Origin: Candidatus Gastranaerophilales bacterium | Lineage (GTDB): Bacteria; Cyanobacteriota; Vampirovibrionia; Gastranaerophilales; Gastranaerophilaceae | Reading direction: 5' to 3' | Assembly (NCBI GenBank): GCA_944326475.1 | Contig: CALVEC010000010.1 | Span: 3,602 to 67,601, forward strand | DNA length: 64,000 bases | In this document: positions 41,502 through 50,644 of the stretch, in pieces | Numbering within the stretch: the first letter of the stretch is position 1 | How the letters are laid out: the number at the start of each line of letters is the position of its first letter | Program-made: the position numbers and the translations under genes | Notes under the pieces: generated by a model | Databases searched by the model: none | Seen by the model: the letters and a program-made list of their open reading frames with translations, nothing else | What the model was told of the DNA's origin: nothing

Positions 41502-42019
41502 TATCTCACGTCTTCTATTATCTGAACATTTGAAATAGTGCCGTTTACACGGTAGTTAAAACCTTCGAGCACAATCGGTATGCCGATTTTGATTTTGTTG
41601 CCGCCGACAACAGCGCCGTCTTTTGTGATTTTCGCCGTATCCTGCAATTTTATGATGTAATCATACATATAAAGCTGACTGAAATCCTGTACAACCATAT
41701 AGGGTTTATCTCCGTCTTTTACCGGGATAACCATTTGTTTTGGCGCATATTTCACACCGGTAATTTTGAGTTTTGTGTAAGGTACGTTTCTGATTGTGAT
41801 AAAAGTTTCCTGACCGGTTACAAAGGGAATATTGGGGTCTGTTTGGGTAACTCCTCTGACCATGACCTCAAATTCGATTTTCTTTGTAAATTCAACCGGA
41901 CTGCTTGAAAATATTTTGTTTTTTCCAAAATAAGCAAGCACTCCGACAACTATAATAACAAAAATTGCGCCGAGTATTGCAATATCCAGCGGTTTAAATT
42001 TTTGAATAAACTTTTTCAT
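41501..42019 (-). CDS. Membrane-anchored protein, DUF4330-like
   Basis: 172 aa. N-terminal anchor (...LDIAILGAIFVIIVVGVLAY) and a beta-rich ectodomain. The family call is from memory of cyanobacterial DUF4330 proteins and is low certainty. Confidence 0.5.
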   Translation of the reverse strand: MKKFIQKFKPLDIAILGAIFVIIVVGVLAYFGKNKIFSSSPVEFTKKIEFEVMVRGVTQTDPNIPFVTGQETFITIRNVPYTKLKITGVKYAPKQMVIPVKDGDKPYMVVQDFSQLYMYDYIIKLQDTAKITKDGAVVGGNKIKIGIPIVLEGFNYRVNGTISNVQIIEDVR

Positions 42020-42037
42020 AAAACTCTCCTCTATCCT

Positions 42038-43072
42038 CTAAACTTTAATTACAAAATGCTCCATATCCAATTTTTTCAAATTTTTAAGTATTTCCTCAAT
42101 TGATGTTGTAGCACAGCCAAAAGAGCGAATGACTATACTTGCCGCAAGGTTTCCGATAATAGCCGCGTATTTTGGCGGAGCGCCTGCCGCAAGCGCAAGC
42201 GTAAATGTGGCAACAACAGTATCTCCGGCACCTGTTACGTCAAAAACGTTTGTTTTATTGAAAACCGGCACATCGTCATGTCCGCCGTTTCTGTCAAAAA
42301 CAGCCATGCCGTCTCCGCCTCTTGTAATTAGCAAAACTTCCGCGTTTGTTTTCTGCAAAAGTGCTCTGCCTGCGTTTTCCAATGTTTTTGCGTCTCTTAT
42401 AAAAAATCCGACTGATTTTTCCGTGTCGGGCTGGTTTGGCGTGAGTGCATAAGCGCCTTCGTATCTTTCCAAATCCCTCTGTGCATCTACAACAACTATT
42501 TTTCCGTATTTTTTTGCGGTTTCTATCGTTGCACAAATAATTTTGTCAGTTAGCATGCCGATATTGTAGTCTGAGAGTATCACAGCGTCGTGAAGCGGAA
42601 TAGCTTTTTCAATGTTTTCTATTATTTTTGCTTCAATTTCCGGAGAGGGTGCCGCATTTTCAACTCTATCGACCCGGACAATCTGCTGGGTTACGGAATG
42701 AAAGCTCGCACCTGAAATTCTTGATTTCACGGTTGTAGTACGTGACGCATCTTCGACCATAAAGTCGGTGTTTATTTTTGCTTCTTTAAGTGCATTTAAA
42801 AGCACCGGCGCATAGTAATCATTACCGCAAAGCCCTATTGCCGATACTTTGCCGTTGTTGATTGCCGAAAGGTTATGCGCTGCGTTTGCCGCCTGTCCGA
42901 GAATAATTTTTGTATTAGAGTGGCGCAAAATAATAACCGGAGCTTCTCTTGATATTCTCTCAGTATCGCCGTAAACCATCTCATCTATAGCCAGGTCGCC
43001 TATAATCAGTACTTTTGGCTCATTTAGCTTTTTTATGTAACTTTCCAGTTTTTCTTTATCAAAATTAAACAT
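42038..43072 (-). CDS. hldA: D-glycero-beta-D-manno-heptose-7-phosphate kinase (RfaE domain I, PfkB family)
   Basis: KVLIIGDLAIDEMVYGDTERISREAPVIIL (RfaE-I N-terminus) and DVTGAGDTVVATF (PfkB motif). The ATG at 43072 has a GGAGAGG SD. The track extension to 43150 is unsupported. Confidence 0.85.
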   Translation of the reverse strand: MFNFDKEKLESYIKKLNEPKVLIIGDLAIDEMVYGDTERISREAPVIILRHSNTKIILGQAANAAHNLSAINNGKVSAIGLCGNDYYAPVLLNALKEAKINTDFMVEDASRTTTVKSRISGASFHSVTQQIVRVDRVENAAPSPEIEAKIIENIEKAIPLHDAVILSDYNIGMLTDKIICATIETAKKYGKIVVVDAQRDLERYEGAYALTPNQPDTEKSVGFFIRDAKTLENAGRALLQKTNAEVLLITRGGDGMAVFDRNGGHDDVPVFNKTNVFDVTGAGDTVVATFTLALAAGAPPKYAAIIGNLAASIVIRSFGCATTSIEEILKNLKKLDMEHFVIKV

Positions 43073-43218
43073 GAACCTCTCCACTATCTGAATGTTTTTT
43101 ATAATATAAAATTTTAGCAAAAATGTAGTATAATATATATAGTTTAGCATAAAAAGTTTTTGTACAAAAAATATTTACATTATGCAAGCAAACTGATTTT
43201 ACAAAACAAGAGGACTAA

Positions 43219-43809
43219 ATGGCACCAGACGACGAAGATGTAAATGATTATAAGCTATCTGATTTTGATGAAAAACTGGAGATTGAAAAGCTTCAGGAAA
43301 CTATCAAAAATATGAGCAATTTTACCGATGACGCTGACGGTTTTATCTCTCAGAGTCCGCAAATGCTTATGCAAAGCGCTTCTGACAAGTTTGCTCCGGC
43401 AGAGGGTGATGAAGAATTTGATCCATATGCTGCCATAGAACAGCCGGTTGCTCAAACAAACAGAAAACCTAAAGCGAAAAAATTCGTTGTCATGGTTGAA
43501 CCCGAGAATATTCCTTATTTTGACGGTATTCCTATGGACGAAAGGACAAAAGTCTTTAACCAGATGCTCACAGAATACCGTACCGGAGTTGTGTCAGAAG
43601 GTCGGAAAAAACACCTCATAAAATTTACAAAACACACGTTCGTTGCAATAATGACCATCCTCATATCTCTGCCTGTAATGTTTTTTATTGTAAACAAATC
43701 AATTGAGCTTACGGTGAAAAATTACAAGGATGTTCAGTACAATTTTGAAAAATTGTACGAAAGTAAAGGACGACCGAACATACCACCGATAAAAAGGACT
43801 CTTTACTAA
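43219..43809 (+). CDS. Hypothetical protein with an acidic N-terminus and a single C-proximal TM helix
   Basis: 196 aa, AGAGGA SD. TM segment FVAIMTILISLPVMFFIV. Confidence 0.5.
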   Translation: MAPDDEDVNDYKLSDFDEKLEIEKLQETIKNMSNFTDDADGFISQSPQMLMQSASDKFAPAEGDEEFDPYAAIEQPVAQTNRKPKAKKFVVMVEPENIPYFDGIPMDERTKVFNQMLTEYRTGVVSEGRKKHLIKFTKHTFVAIMTILISLPVMFFIVNKSIELTVKNYKDVQYNFEKLYESKGRPNIPPIKRTLY

Positions 43810-43814
43810 CTATC

Positions 43815-44471
43815 ATGGACAATTTAAATAAAAAAGATTTTTCAAATAAACACTATTTTGTCGGAATTTCCCTGTCTTCAGGTGCATCTCTCGATTCAGG
43901 CGCTGCGGTTCTTGACAGAAATTTGAATCTTATACGCCTGGATAAACTGTTCACAATGGAAGACGTAAAATTTTTTATAAATAATTTTACGGGCAAACAG
44001 GAGGCTATTTTCAATATCTCAATTCCCGAAAACCCGACCATGCTGAACGCAAAATGGAAGCTGCTCTCAAGAGAATACCAGCTTATACAAAGCAGTTCTC
44101 TTATTGATGTTGAAAAACTCGAGTGGACACACAGATTTTCAACCAGAGGCAGTGAGTTTTTCCGTGAGTGCAGTGCAAAAGGCATCGATATTTTCAGATA
44201 TGACATACGCGAGCTTAAAAGCGCGCTCGGGCTGTCATCCGCGTTTAAGCTAAGAAGCCCGATTGACTGCAAATCGTTGCAAAGCGCTTTCAGGTACAAA
44301 TTTAAAATTTATGACCTTCCTGCAAATATGGTTCCTGCGGCGCAGCTTGAGGCTATTTTAGGGGCTTATCTCGGATATATTATGTACAATCCTGAGTCTG
44401 AATACAACTTTACGAAAAAGGCTGAATACGCCGGTTTGGATGTGTTGGGGCTTGATTTGATTCACGTTTGA
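43815..44471 (+). CDS. Hypothetical protein, possible RNase H-like fold (DUF429-like)
   Basis: 218 aa. N-terminal YFVGISLSSGASLDSGAAVLD resembles the first beta-hairpin/Asp of RNase H-like (DUF429) proteins. Weak, from memory. Confidence 0.45.
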   Translation: MDNLNKKDFSNKHYFVGISLSSGASLDSGAAVLDRNLNLIRLDKLFTMEDVKFFINNFTGKQEAIFNISIPENPTMLNAKWKLLSREYQLIQSSSLIDVEKLEWTHRFSTRGSEFFRECSAKGIDIFRYDIRELKSALGLSSAFKLRSPIDCKSLQSAFRYKFKIYDLPANMVPAAQLEAILGAYLGYIMYNPESEYNFTKKAEYAGLDVLGLDLIHV

Positions 44472-44565
44472 TGGTTGCTGTTTGTAATGTTTGCTGCCTC
44501 GCTTTATAAAAACAGACGCCGGCTATAACACTTTGCGATGGTAGGGGGGGATTAAAACAGACTTC

Positions 44566-45015
44566 TCAGATTTGCGTGTTTTTTTTGTTAAGTCTGCCGA
44601 AAACCTCATCAAACGTCTCGATAGGAGTAAATTTGTATCCGCAGTTTTGCGCAAGTTCTCCTCCCATCATAAAAATTGCCTCCTGCGGATATCTGCGGCA
44701 AATCCCCGGACGTTTTTTGTGTATTTTACATTTGTGGGTTTCTTCATCGAGATTTGTACATTCAAAAATAAGTCCGATTTCATCCTTGCCTGTGACATTA
44801 AGGTACGTATAAAACGGATGAAGAAGTCTGAGTTTTTTAAATTCGTCTTCGGTTTGTACTACGTTTTTTGCATGCCGTACGTAAATCTGTTTACAGCACC
44901 TTCCGCAGCCGAGACAATGACCCGAGCGGTAGTATGTCCTTCTAAGAATATTTTTATAGATAAATTTTTTTATACTGCTAAAAATTTTACTAAGCACCGA
45001 ACTGTTCTCTTGCAA
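44566..45015 (-). CDS. YkgJ-family cysteine-cluster protein (CxxCxxCC, UPF0153)
   Basis: HCLGCGRCCKQ and ...CKIHKKRPGICRRYP motifs. Overlaps the TPR gene stop by 26 nt. Confidence 0.75.
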   Translation of the reverse strand: MQENSSVLSKIFSSIKKFIYKNILRRTYYRSGHCLGCGRCCKQIYVRHAKNVVQTEDEFKKLRLLHPFYTYLNVTGKDEIGLIFECTNLDEETHKCKIHKKRPGICRRYPQEAIFMMGGELAQNCGYKFTPIETFDEVFGRLNKKNTQI

Positions 45016-46237
45016 TAATAACGTTTTTGCACTCGACTTTGCATTTCATTGCATAAATCATTTCTTTTGTGTGCGGTTCCGCCATCGTCATTATTCTATC
45101 ACAAACCTCGACTGCGGCGTGAAGTTTTTTTGAAAGCATTAGCTCTGAAATTTGAGCATAGAGCATTTTTACGACAAAAGGTTCAGGATTCAGAAAGATT
45201 TTGTATTTGTCTATGAGCTGCTGTATTTCATCCGAGTGCGACTCAGTCAGTATGAGATAGTTTTCGTATTCGTCTATAGCAACTTCATATTGACAGACAT
45301 CTTCTGCTTCTTTTGCTTTTTGAAGATGTGTTTCAATCAACTCGCTGTCTCTTGTGACTGCAGCAAGTTCCGCAAGTTTTACTTTGACTTGCAGCCAGTG
45401 AGACGTGGATTCGGGAAGGTACTGAAACACACGTTTGTAATAACAGTATGCATAGGATTTTTTGCCCAACAAATATTCCATATTTGCCAGATTCATAAGA
45501 ACTGACGGTGAATAAGGGAAATTAAGATATGCAATTTTATAAAATTCTTGCGCCTTCTCATAATTCTTATCGAAAACAAATATGCTCGCCAGGTTTGTAT
45601 ATATACCGGGAAGGATTGCGTAGGTCGAAATGAGCATAAGATACGACGCTGCAACCTTTTGCAAATCCTTCTGGGCACGGTATTCTTCTGATTTTTTCAG
45701 GTAAAACTCCGTTTTTGCCGTCAGATTTGCGATTGCGTGTTTTATTTTTTGATATTCCGGAGAGGTTTTGTTTGTGTTGTATTTCAGGTATTTTTCAAAA
45801 TATCTGGTTGATTTAATTCTGTAGCCTAATTTGTCGTATGCAACAGCGAGGTTTAGATTTATAACGGGATTTTCAGGGGCAATTGAACCGGCGCAATGCC
45901 AGTTAAAAATGGCTTGGTAGATTTCACCGTTTGAATAGTGTTCATTTCCGATATTTAAGTACGCGGAATATTCAAGAGGAGAAAGATCAGTCGCTCTTTG
46001 CCAGAGAGACATGGCCCTGTCTTTTTGTCCGAGTTTGTGATAACAGTTTCCGAGAAGCACCTGTGCATAAGCATTCGAGGATGCCTGCAAGTCCTGTTCA
46101 AGGCAGTTTACCGCCTCTTGAATCTGACCTGAGGCATAAAGTTCGTAAGCCTTGGTTATTTTTTCTGCAGCTGCCTTTTCTCCTGACAAATCAATGTTGG
46201 ACAGCCCCGCAGTGTTATCTAAGCTGACACCTTCCAT
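44990..46237 (-). CDS. Tetratricopeptide-repeat (TPR) protein
   Basis: 415 aa with repeated 34-aa A/Y/L patterns (e.g. ...AYAQVLLGNCYHKLGQKDRAMSLWQRATDLSP...). Confidence 0.75.
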   Translation of the reverse strand: MEGVSLDNTAGLSNIDLSGEKAAAEKITKAYELYASGQIQEAVNCLEQDLQASSNAYAQVLLGNCYHKLGQKDRAMSLWQRATDLSPLEYSAYLNIGNEHYSNGEIYQAIFNWHCAGSIAPENPVINLNLAVAYDKLGYRIKSTRYFEKYLKYNTNKTSPEYQKIKHAIANLTAKTEFYLKKSEEYRAQKDLQKVAASYLMLISTYAILPGIYTNLASIFVFDKNYEKAQEFYKIAYLNFPYSPSVLMNLANMEYLLGKKSYAYCYYKRVFQYLPESTSHWLQVKVKLAELAAVTRDSELIETHLQKAKEAEDVCQYEVAIDEYENYLILTESHSDEIQQLIDKYKIFLNPEPFVVKMLYAQISELMLSKKLHAAVEVCDRIMTMAEPHTKEMIYAMKCKVECKNVIIAREQFGA

Positions 46238-46262
46238 TTAAAACCTCTGACTCTAGCTCTCT

Positions 46263-46601
46263 TTAGCCGAACAAATCTTTTAAAAATACCTTGTTATTAA
46301 AAATACCTTCAAAAATTTTGCTCTCAAAGTCAGCATCTTCAACACTGAAAACGTTTTGCGCAACAAGCGTATTGTGGCTTAAGTCTTCAGGATCAGACAT
46401 TGCCAACGCCGAAAATCTTTTTATATCAAGGTCACGCCGGTACTTTTCCATTGCTTCCGTAGATATGCTTGTTTCGTCTATCAAAAGATTTTTGTCTGCA
46501 TTGGCATAAGGGTTTTTTCTGTTTAAGTTTGTTTTTTCTATTTCACTCTGTTTTATCTGGTTTTGTCCGTTAACATCGTGATTTGAAACACCGTTTAACA
46601 T
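46263..46601 (-). CDS. Hypothetical protein (112 aa)
   Basis: First ORF of an apparent three-gene minus-strand unit with the TPR and YkgJ genes. No motif recognised. Confidence 0.45.
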   Translation of the reverse strand: MLNGVSNHDVNGQNQIKQSEIEKTNLNRKNPYANADKNLLIDETSISTEAMEKYRRDLDIKRFSALAMSDPEDLSHNTLVAQNVFSVEDADFESKIFEGIFNNKVFLKDLFG

Positions 46602-46674
46602 ATTCCCTCATCTCCTCAATTTATATTATGAATATAATTAAACATTTTTCCATAAACCAAGTGATTAGTGTTTA

Positions 46675-46690
46675 TTGACCATGTGGTCAA
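46675..46690. promoter_or_regulatory. 16-bp palindrome in a divergent intergenic region
   Basis: TTGACCA-TG-TGGTCAA, with perfect 7-bp arms, between 46263..46601 (-) and 46814..47539 (+). Confidence 0.3.
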
Positions 46691-46813
46691 TTTTTTTAAA
46701 CTGCGTTTTTTTAACTCGACTGTTTGTATGATATAACAAAAAAAAATCAAACATATATAGTAGTTGTTTATTAAATAAATAGATATTATAATAAAAGTAC
46801 GAAGGGAAAATTA

Positions 46814-47539
46814 ATGGCTTCAATATCAGATTCAATACGAGCAGTAAATTCAGATAATTATGCATTACTTAAAATAGGTGCGTTTGCTTATTTCTTTTAT
46901 CTTTTATTTGAAATGACGACGGCGCCGCAGGCTCAGCCTGCAACATCAACCGGTCAGCAGGCAGCGTTTAGTGTTAATTATTTTCAAATTGCTCTACTTG
47001 CGTTTTTCTATTCCGGTTATTGTTCAATTATTATGAATAACAGAATATCGCAGTCTGTTGTTACGCTTCCGCCGTTTGACCCGTTAAAAATACTTTCTGT
47101 ATGCGTAAAATGTACTCTTGTTGCCCTTCCTTATCTGGCAATAGGGATACCTACTGTTACTTATGCACTGGGACTTTTCCATTTTGAAGGAGTGCCGCAG
47201 CTTATTGCGATTGCTATTATCGAGCTTATACTTGTAGCAATTATTATAACGGCTATTATTTGTTTTTCACGTGAATTTAAAATAAAAGACAGTTATAATT
47301 TTAAAAGACTGATGTCAGGTTTTCCTGATGTTCTGGTCTACACTTTGGTTGCAATTGTGCTGCTTGCTTTGTTTAATGTTTTTATTGCGCTTCCTGTATT
47401 ATGGTTTGCACATTCATTTTTTGAATTTGGTGCTGTATTCAGATATGCTGCTTTTTATCTGATTACTTTGAATTTGGCATATCTTGCGGACTATTGCGGA
47501 CAACTCAATTTTGATATTGAAGACAGAGAAGAATTTTAA
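46814..47539 (+). CDS. Hypothetical polytopic membrane protein (241 aa)
   Basis: GAAGGGA SD and 5-6 predicted TM helices. No family recognised with confidence. Confidence 0.6.
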   Translation: MASISDSIRAVNSDNYALLKIGAFAYFFYLLFEMTTAPQAQPATSTGQQAAFSVNYFQIALLAFFYSGYCSIIMNNRISQSVVTLPPFDPLKILSVCVKCTLVALPYLAIGIPTVTYALGLFHFEGVPQLIAIAIIELILVAIIITAIICFSREFKIKDSYNFKRLMSGFPDVLVYTLVAIVLLALFNVFIALPVLWFAHSFFEFGAVFRYAAFYLITLNLAYLADYCGQLNFDIEDREEF

Positions 47540-47548
47540 AATAATACA

Positions 47549-49702
47549 TTACTTGCGTTCATAGATTGTTACGGTATTTCTGTTTTCGTTGTGTGCAGAT
47601 TTGAACATAAATATTTTATTTAGTTTAAAACCGTTGTCCTCAAAGAAATTTTCTTTTGTATAGCAAACGCTTTGTACAGGAATGCTTTTGTCATTACCGG
47701 TTATCGGAACTCTGCTGTTGGAGACGTAAAAACATTTTACAGGTGTGTCGTTTTTAAAAACTACTTTGTCTTTTACTACTGTGTAGTTATTTTTGTACGC
47801 ATTTTCCGGATGGTAAACTACCGTGCTTACCTGGTACGGGTCGGTTAAAACTATGTAGTCATAGTCTTTGAGGTTGTATTTGTCAATATTTTCAAACAGA
47901 AGAAAATCCGTTTTGTATCCTTCAAAATCAAGCATTTTGAGTTGGTATGACCTTGTGTCGCTCATCGGAAATATTCCTATTCTTGAATTTTTAGGCATAT
48001 TTTTTATGTAGTCTTTAACTGTACAGAATGGCATTTTTCCGTAGTATCCGTTGAAAATTGTGCAAGAAATTCTCTCTCTTGCTTTTAGAATTTTTCCTTC
48101 TTCGCGGTAGACTCTAAGTGCGTGTTTAATTGAGCGCGAGGGAAGATGAGTGCTTATTAAAAGCAGGTAGGACAATGAAAAGAACAGAATAATAATTTTT
48201 ACAAAATTGCCCTTTTTCATGTATGAAACTGCGAGTATAGGCGAAGAAATTATCATAAAAAATGAAACAAAACGCACGCTGAACACCATATATCCGAGTG
48301 TGCCCGACATAACAAGCAGGTTTAGCCAGAATAAAAAACCGAAAGGTATAAGGTAAGTGTATTTCAGTGGTTTGTTCTTGAAAAATGCTGCTATTAAGCA
48401 GAATACGGAACATGGTAAAAATACCAGAAATCCGAGTATTCCGCCGCCTATAACCGGGTCAAGAAGTTTGTTATTTACAACATTTCCGTCAGTCATTGTA
48501 ACCCCGAGATTGGGGTCAATGTTGAGCAGGGCAAAAAGTGCAAACTTTGCTGAATTTATGTATTGACCTACGTATTCACTGTACCTGAATCCGGAAAAAT
48601 CAAACAGCATAAATACGTATCTGATAAAATTTGCGATATATGCCTTTGGTCCCCCCCAGAAGCCGTGTACAATTCTTGATGAGTCTGTTGCAAAAATATT
48701 TCCGTAATTAATCAGGTTTAAAAAGTAGTTATAGCTTGAAAATATTAGAAAATTCAGCGTAAGAAGCCCGCAAAATGCAACAATCGACTTGAATGCCTCT
48801 TTTTTTCTGTGCAATATTGAAAAATAAACAAGCAGTAAAAAGCATGCCGGAAATGCAATGAGCGCCGGCGTTTTTGTTCCGAATGCCAGTCCGAAAGCAA
48901 GTGATGAGAAATATATCATACTGAGCTTGCGTTCTTTTATTGCCTGCAGATAAAGAAATATTCCGCAAAGCACCAATCCTCCGATGACTATATCCGTTTC
49001 ATAGCTGGAGGCTTCTGCTATTACAGAGGCGAAAGACGACAGTATAAATACGCTCCATAATTTCTTTCGTTCGCAAAATCCAAACAGTGTTAGTATATTG
49101 TACAAAGAAACTATGGAAAATAAAAATCCTGCAAACGAAACAAAAGTCAACCCTATATCGGCTTTTAAAAATACCATAATCCACATGTAGAGGATTTCTG
49201 AGTTTATCGGCATGACAGTGTTTCTGTCGTCGGCTATATCAAAGTGGTTCAGGCTTCCTTGTGATATCCAAAAAGGAACCCTGTTCAGATGGTAAGACAT
49301 TGCGTCGAATGAGGTTACCGGGATAAGTATGCACAAAATAACGGCAACTGCCACAAAAAATATGAATCCAAGCGCCATAAGCATTAAAAATTTATCTTTT
49401 TTAAGGGCATGCAGGATACGTGTAAAAAATCTTCGTAAATCCGGTTTTACGATTGGTTTTGCATTTTTTATCCAAAAGAGTATTGCTCCTGTTAAAAAAG
49501 CAGCATTCAAAAAGAGGGTGCCCTGCCAGCTTATTGCGTTTAAAAGCGACATGACTTCAAAGCTCAGCACTACCTGCGCAAATGCAATCAAACCTGTGTA
49601 AAGAAAGCATATTCCTGCTCTTTTGCGTTCAAAAACCGCCGCGGTAAGATACGAGGAAGCGAATACAGCTATAAACGATATTAAAAATAAAAATTTAACC
49701 AT
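47549..49702 (-). CDS. Membrane glycosyltransferase, GT39/ArnT/PMT-like, with a C-terminal soluble domain
   Basis: 717 aa. More than 10 TM helices in the first about 520 aa. The first periplasmic loop (...SFDAMSYHLNRVPFW...) resembles GT-C family 39 enzymes. GAGAGGAG SD. Confidence 0.6.
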   Translation of the reverse strand: MVKFLFLISFIAVFASSYLTAAVFERKRAGICFLYTGLIAFAQVVLSFEVMSLLNAISWQGTLFLNAAFLTGAILFWIKNAKPIVKPDLRRFFTRILHALKKDKFLMLMALGFIFFVAVAVILCILIPVTSFDAMSYHLNRVPFWISQGSLNHFDIADDRNTVMPINSEILYMWIMVFLKADIGLTFVSFAGFLFSIVSLYNILTLFGFCERKKLWSVFILSSFASVIAEASSYETDIVIGGLVLCGIFLYLQAIKERKLSMIYFSSLAFGLAFGTKTPALIAFPACFLLLVYFSILHRKKEAFKSIVAFCGLLTLNFLIFSSYNYFLNLINYGNIFATDSSRIVHGFWGGPKAYIANFIRYVFMLFDFSGFRYSEYVGQYINSAKFALFALLNIDPNLGVTMTDGNVVNNKLLDPVIGGGILGFLVFLPCSVFCLIAAFFKNKPLKYTYLIPFGFLFWLNLLVMSGTLGYMVFSVRFVSFFMIISSPILAVSYMKKGNFVKIIILFFSLSYLLLISTHLPSRSIKHALRVYREEGKILKARERISCTIFNGYYGKMPFCTVKDYIKNMPKNSRIGIFPMSDTRSYQLKMLDFEGYKTDFLLFENIDKYNLKDYDYIVLTDPYQVSTVVYHPENAYKNNYTVVKDKVVFKNDTPVKCFYVSNSRVPITGNDKSIPVQSVCYTKENFFEDNGFKLNKIFMFKSAHNENRNTVTIYERK

Positions 49703-49910
49703 AATCCGTATACTCCTCTCTGTCCGGCAGGATGTCAGTCTTTATTGCATAATGTCCGCTCTTTTGCATACGAACCGACCCCCGTAGTGTGTTCCCCTGT
49801 TAACTATATACTATTTGATAAAAAGTTTTAGACAAGTGGTGAGTTTAGTAAATTTAAAAATTTTAATAATATAAAAATGTGCATATTCCACTCTCACTCG
49901 TAAACTATTT

Positions 49911-49934
49911 AGACCGTTTTGCGGTCTTTTTTTT
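49911..49934 (+). terminator. Intrinsic-terminator-like hairpin with a T8 tail (plus strand)
   Basis: AGACCG-TTTTG-CGGTCT followed by TTTTTTTT. There is no plus-strand ORF upstream. Confidence 0.5.
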
Positions 49935-49940
49935 GCGGAA

Positions 49941-49967
49941 AAGGCAGTCGGTTGACTGCCTTTGTTT
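49941..49967. terminator. Second hairpin; possible terminator of 50065..50496 or a plus-strand terminator
   Basis: AAGGCAGTC-GGTT-GACTGCCTT (9-bp stem). Followed by TGTTTTATT on the plus strand and by TTCCGC on the minus strand. Confidence 0.5.
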
Positions 49968-50064
49968 TATTATTTATATTGCCAATAAATAAAAATTTGT
50001 ATCTATATAAAGCAGTTATTTTAATCATTACTGCTTAGGGGTTGCTTTCGGCAATTATAAAACC

Positions 50065-50496
50065 TTATTTTGCCTGATATGCATCAGGAACCGCATGCGG
50101 GTTGTCCGGAGTGAATGTATGGTCTACGAACTGAGCACGGTCAATATATTTTTGCTCAATTGTACCTTTTTTGTAAGTTCTGTAAAGCAAGCTTATACCT
50201 GCCAATGCACCTGTAATAACTTTTACCGGAGTCGGTGCATTTCTAACACATTCAATAAATGTTTTTAGCATTCCCGGTTTTTTTACGCCGCCCGCAACAG
50301 CTTCTGCAATGGATTTCATCGTTACGCTTCTTCCTGCTAACGCTGCTATACCTGCGCAAGCACCAATTTGAAGATTTGAAATGGTTGAATTTTTATAATG
50401 TTGAAAAGCGCAGTCTATTTTGTTACCTGCTGTACCTTTTCTTTTGTCAGCAAGCGCATTCAGAGTCGGGGATACAAAAAATAAAACTTTTGACAT
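50065..50496 (-). CDS. Hypothetical protein (143 aa) with Gly/Ala-rich hydrophobic segments
   Basis: ORF with a GAAGG about 10 nt upstream. IGACAGIAALAGRS and ITGALAGISLLY segments. Confidence 0.5.
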   Translation of the reverse strand: MSKVLFFVSPTLNALADKRKGTAGNKIDCAFQHYKNSTISNLQIGACAGIAALAGRSVTMKSIAEAVAGGVKKPGMLKTFIECVRNAPTPVKVITGALAGISLLYRTYKKGTIEQKYIDRAQFVDHTFTPDNPHAVPDAYQAK

Positions 50497-50606
50497 AACT
50501 TTATACCTTCTTTCACACTTATATTTATTAAAACATCGGTGTGGTATTTTTTGCCACCCTCTTGAGAATTATTTTTTAAAAACCTTTGTATGAAAGGGTT
50601 TTCGGG

Positions 50607-50622
50607 GTTTACAATTGTTAAC
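50607..50622. promoter_or_regulatory. Imperfect 16-bp palindrome sharing ACAATTGTTA with the module-1 MarR operator
   Basis: GTTTACAATTGTTAAC lies about 110 nt upstream of the 50065..50496 start. The 10-mer ACAATTGTTA also occurs at 38326-38335. Confidence 0.25.
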
Positions 50623-50644
50623 AAAATAGTGTATTAAAACTTTT

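Noticed and set aside
44544-44550. G7 tract as a phase-variation switch
   Set aside because: It lies in the spacer between two convergent genes, downstream of both stops. Length changes would not alter any reading frame or an obvious promoter.
44572-45018. 148-aa plus-strand ORF that mirrors the 149-aa YkgJ-family gene almost end to end
   Set aside because: Only the minus-strand product has the CxxCxxCC / CRRYP cysteine-cluster motifs. The plus-strand product is featureless and Phe/Lys-rich.
46263-46601. The 112-aa protein as anti-sigma-28 factor FlgM
   Set aside because: Only a vague resemblance (DETSISTEAMEKY). It lacks the conserved C-terminal FlgM helix pattern, and there is no flagellar context in the window.
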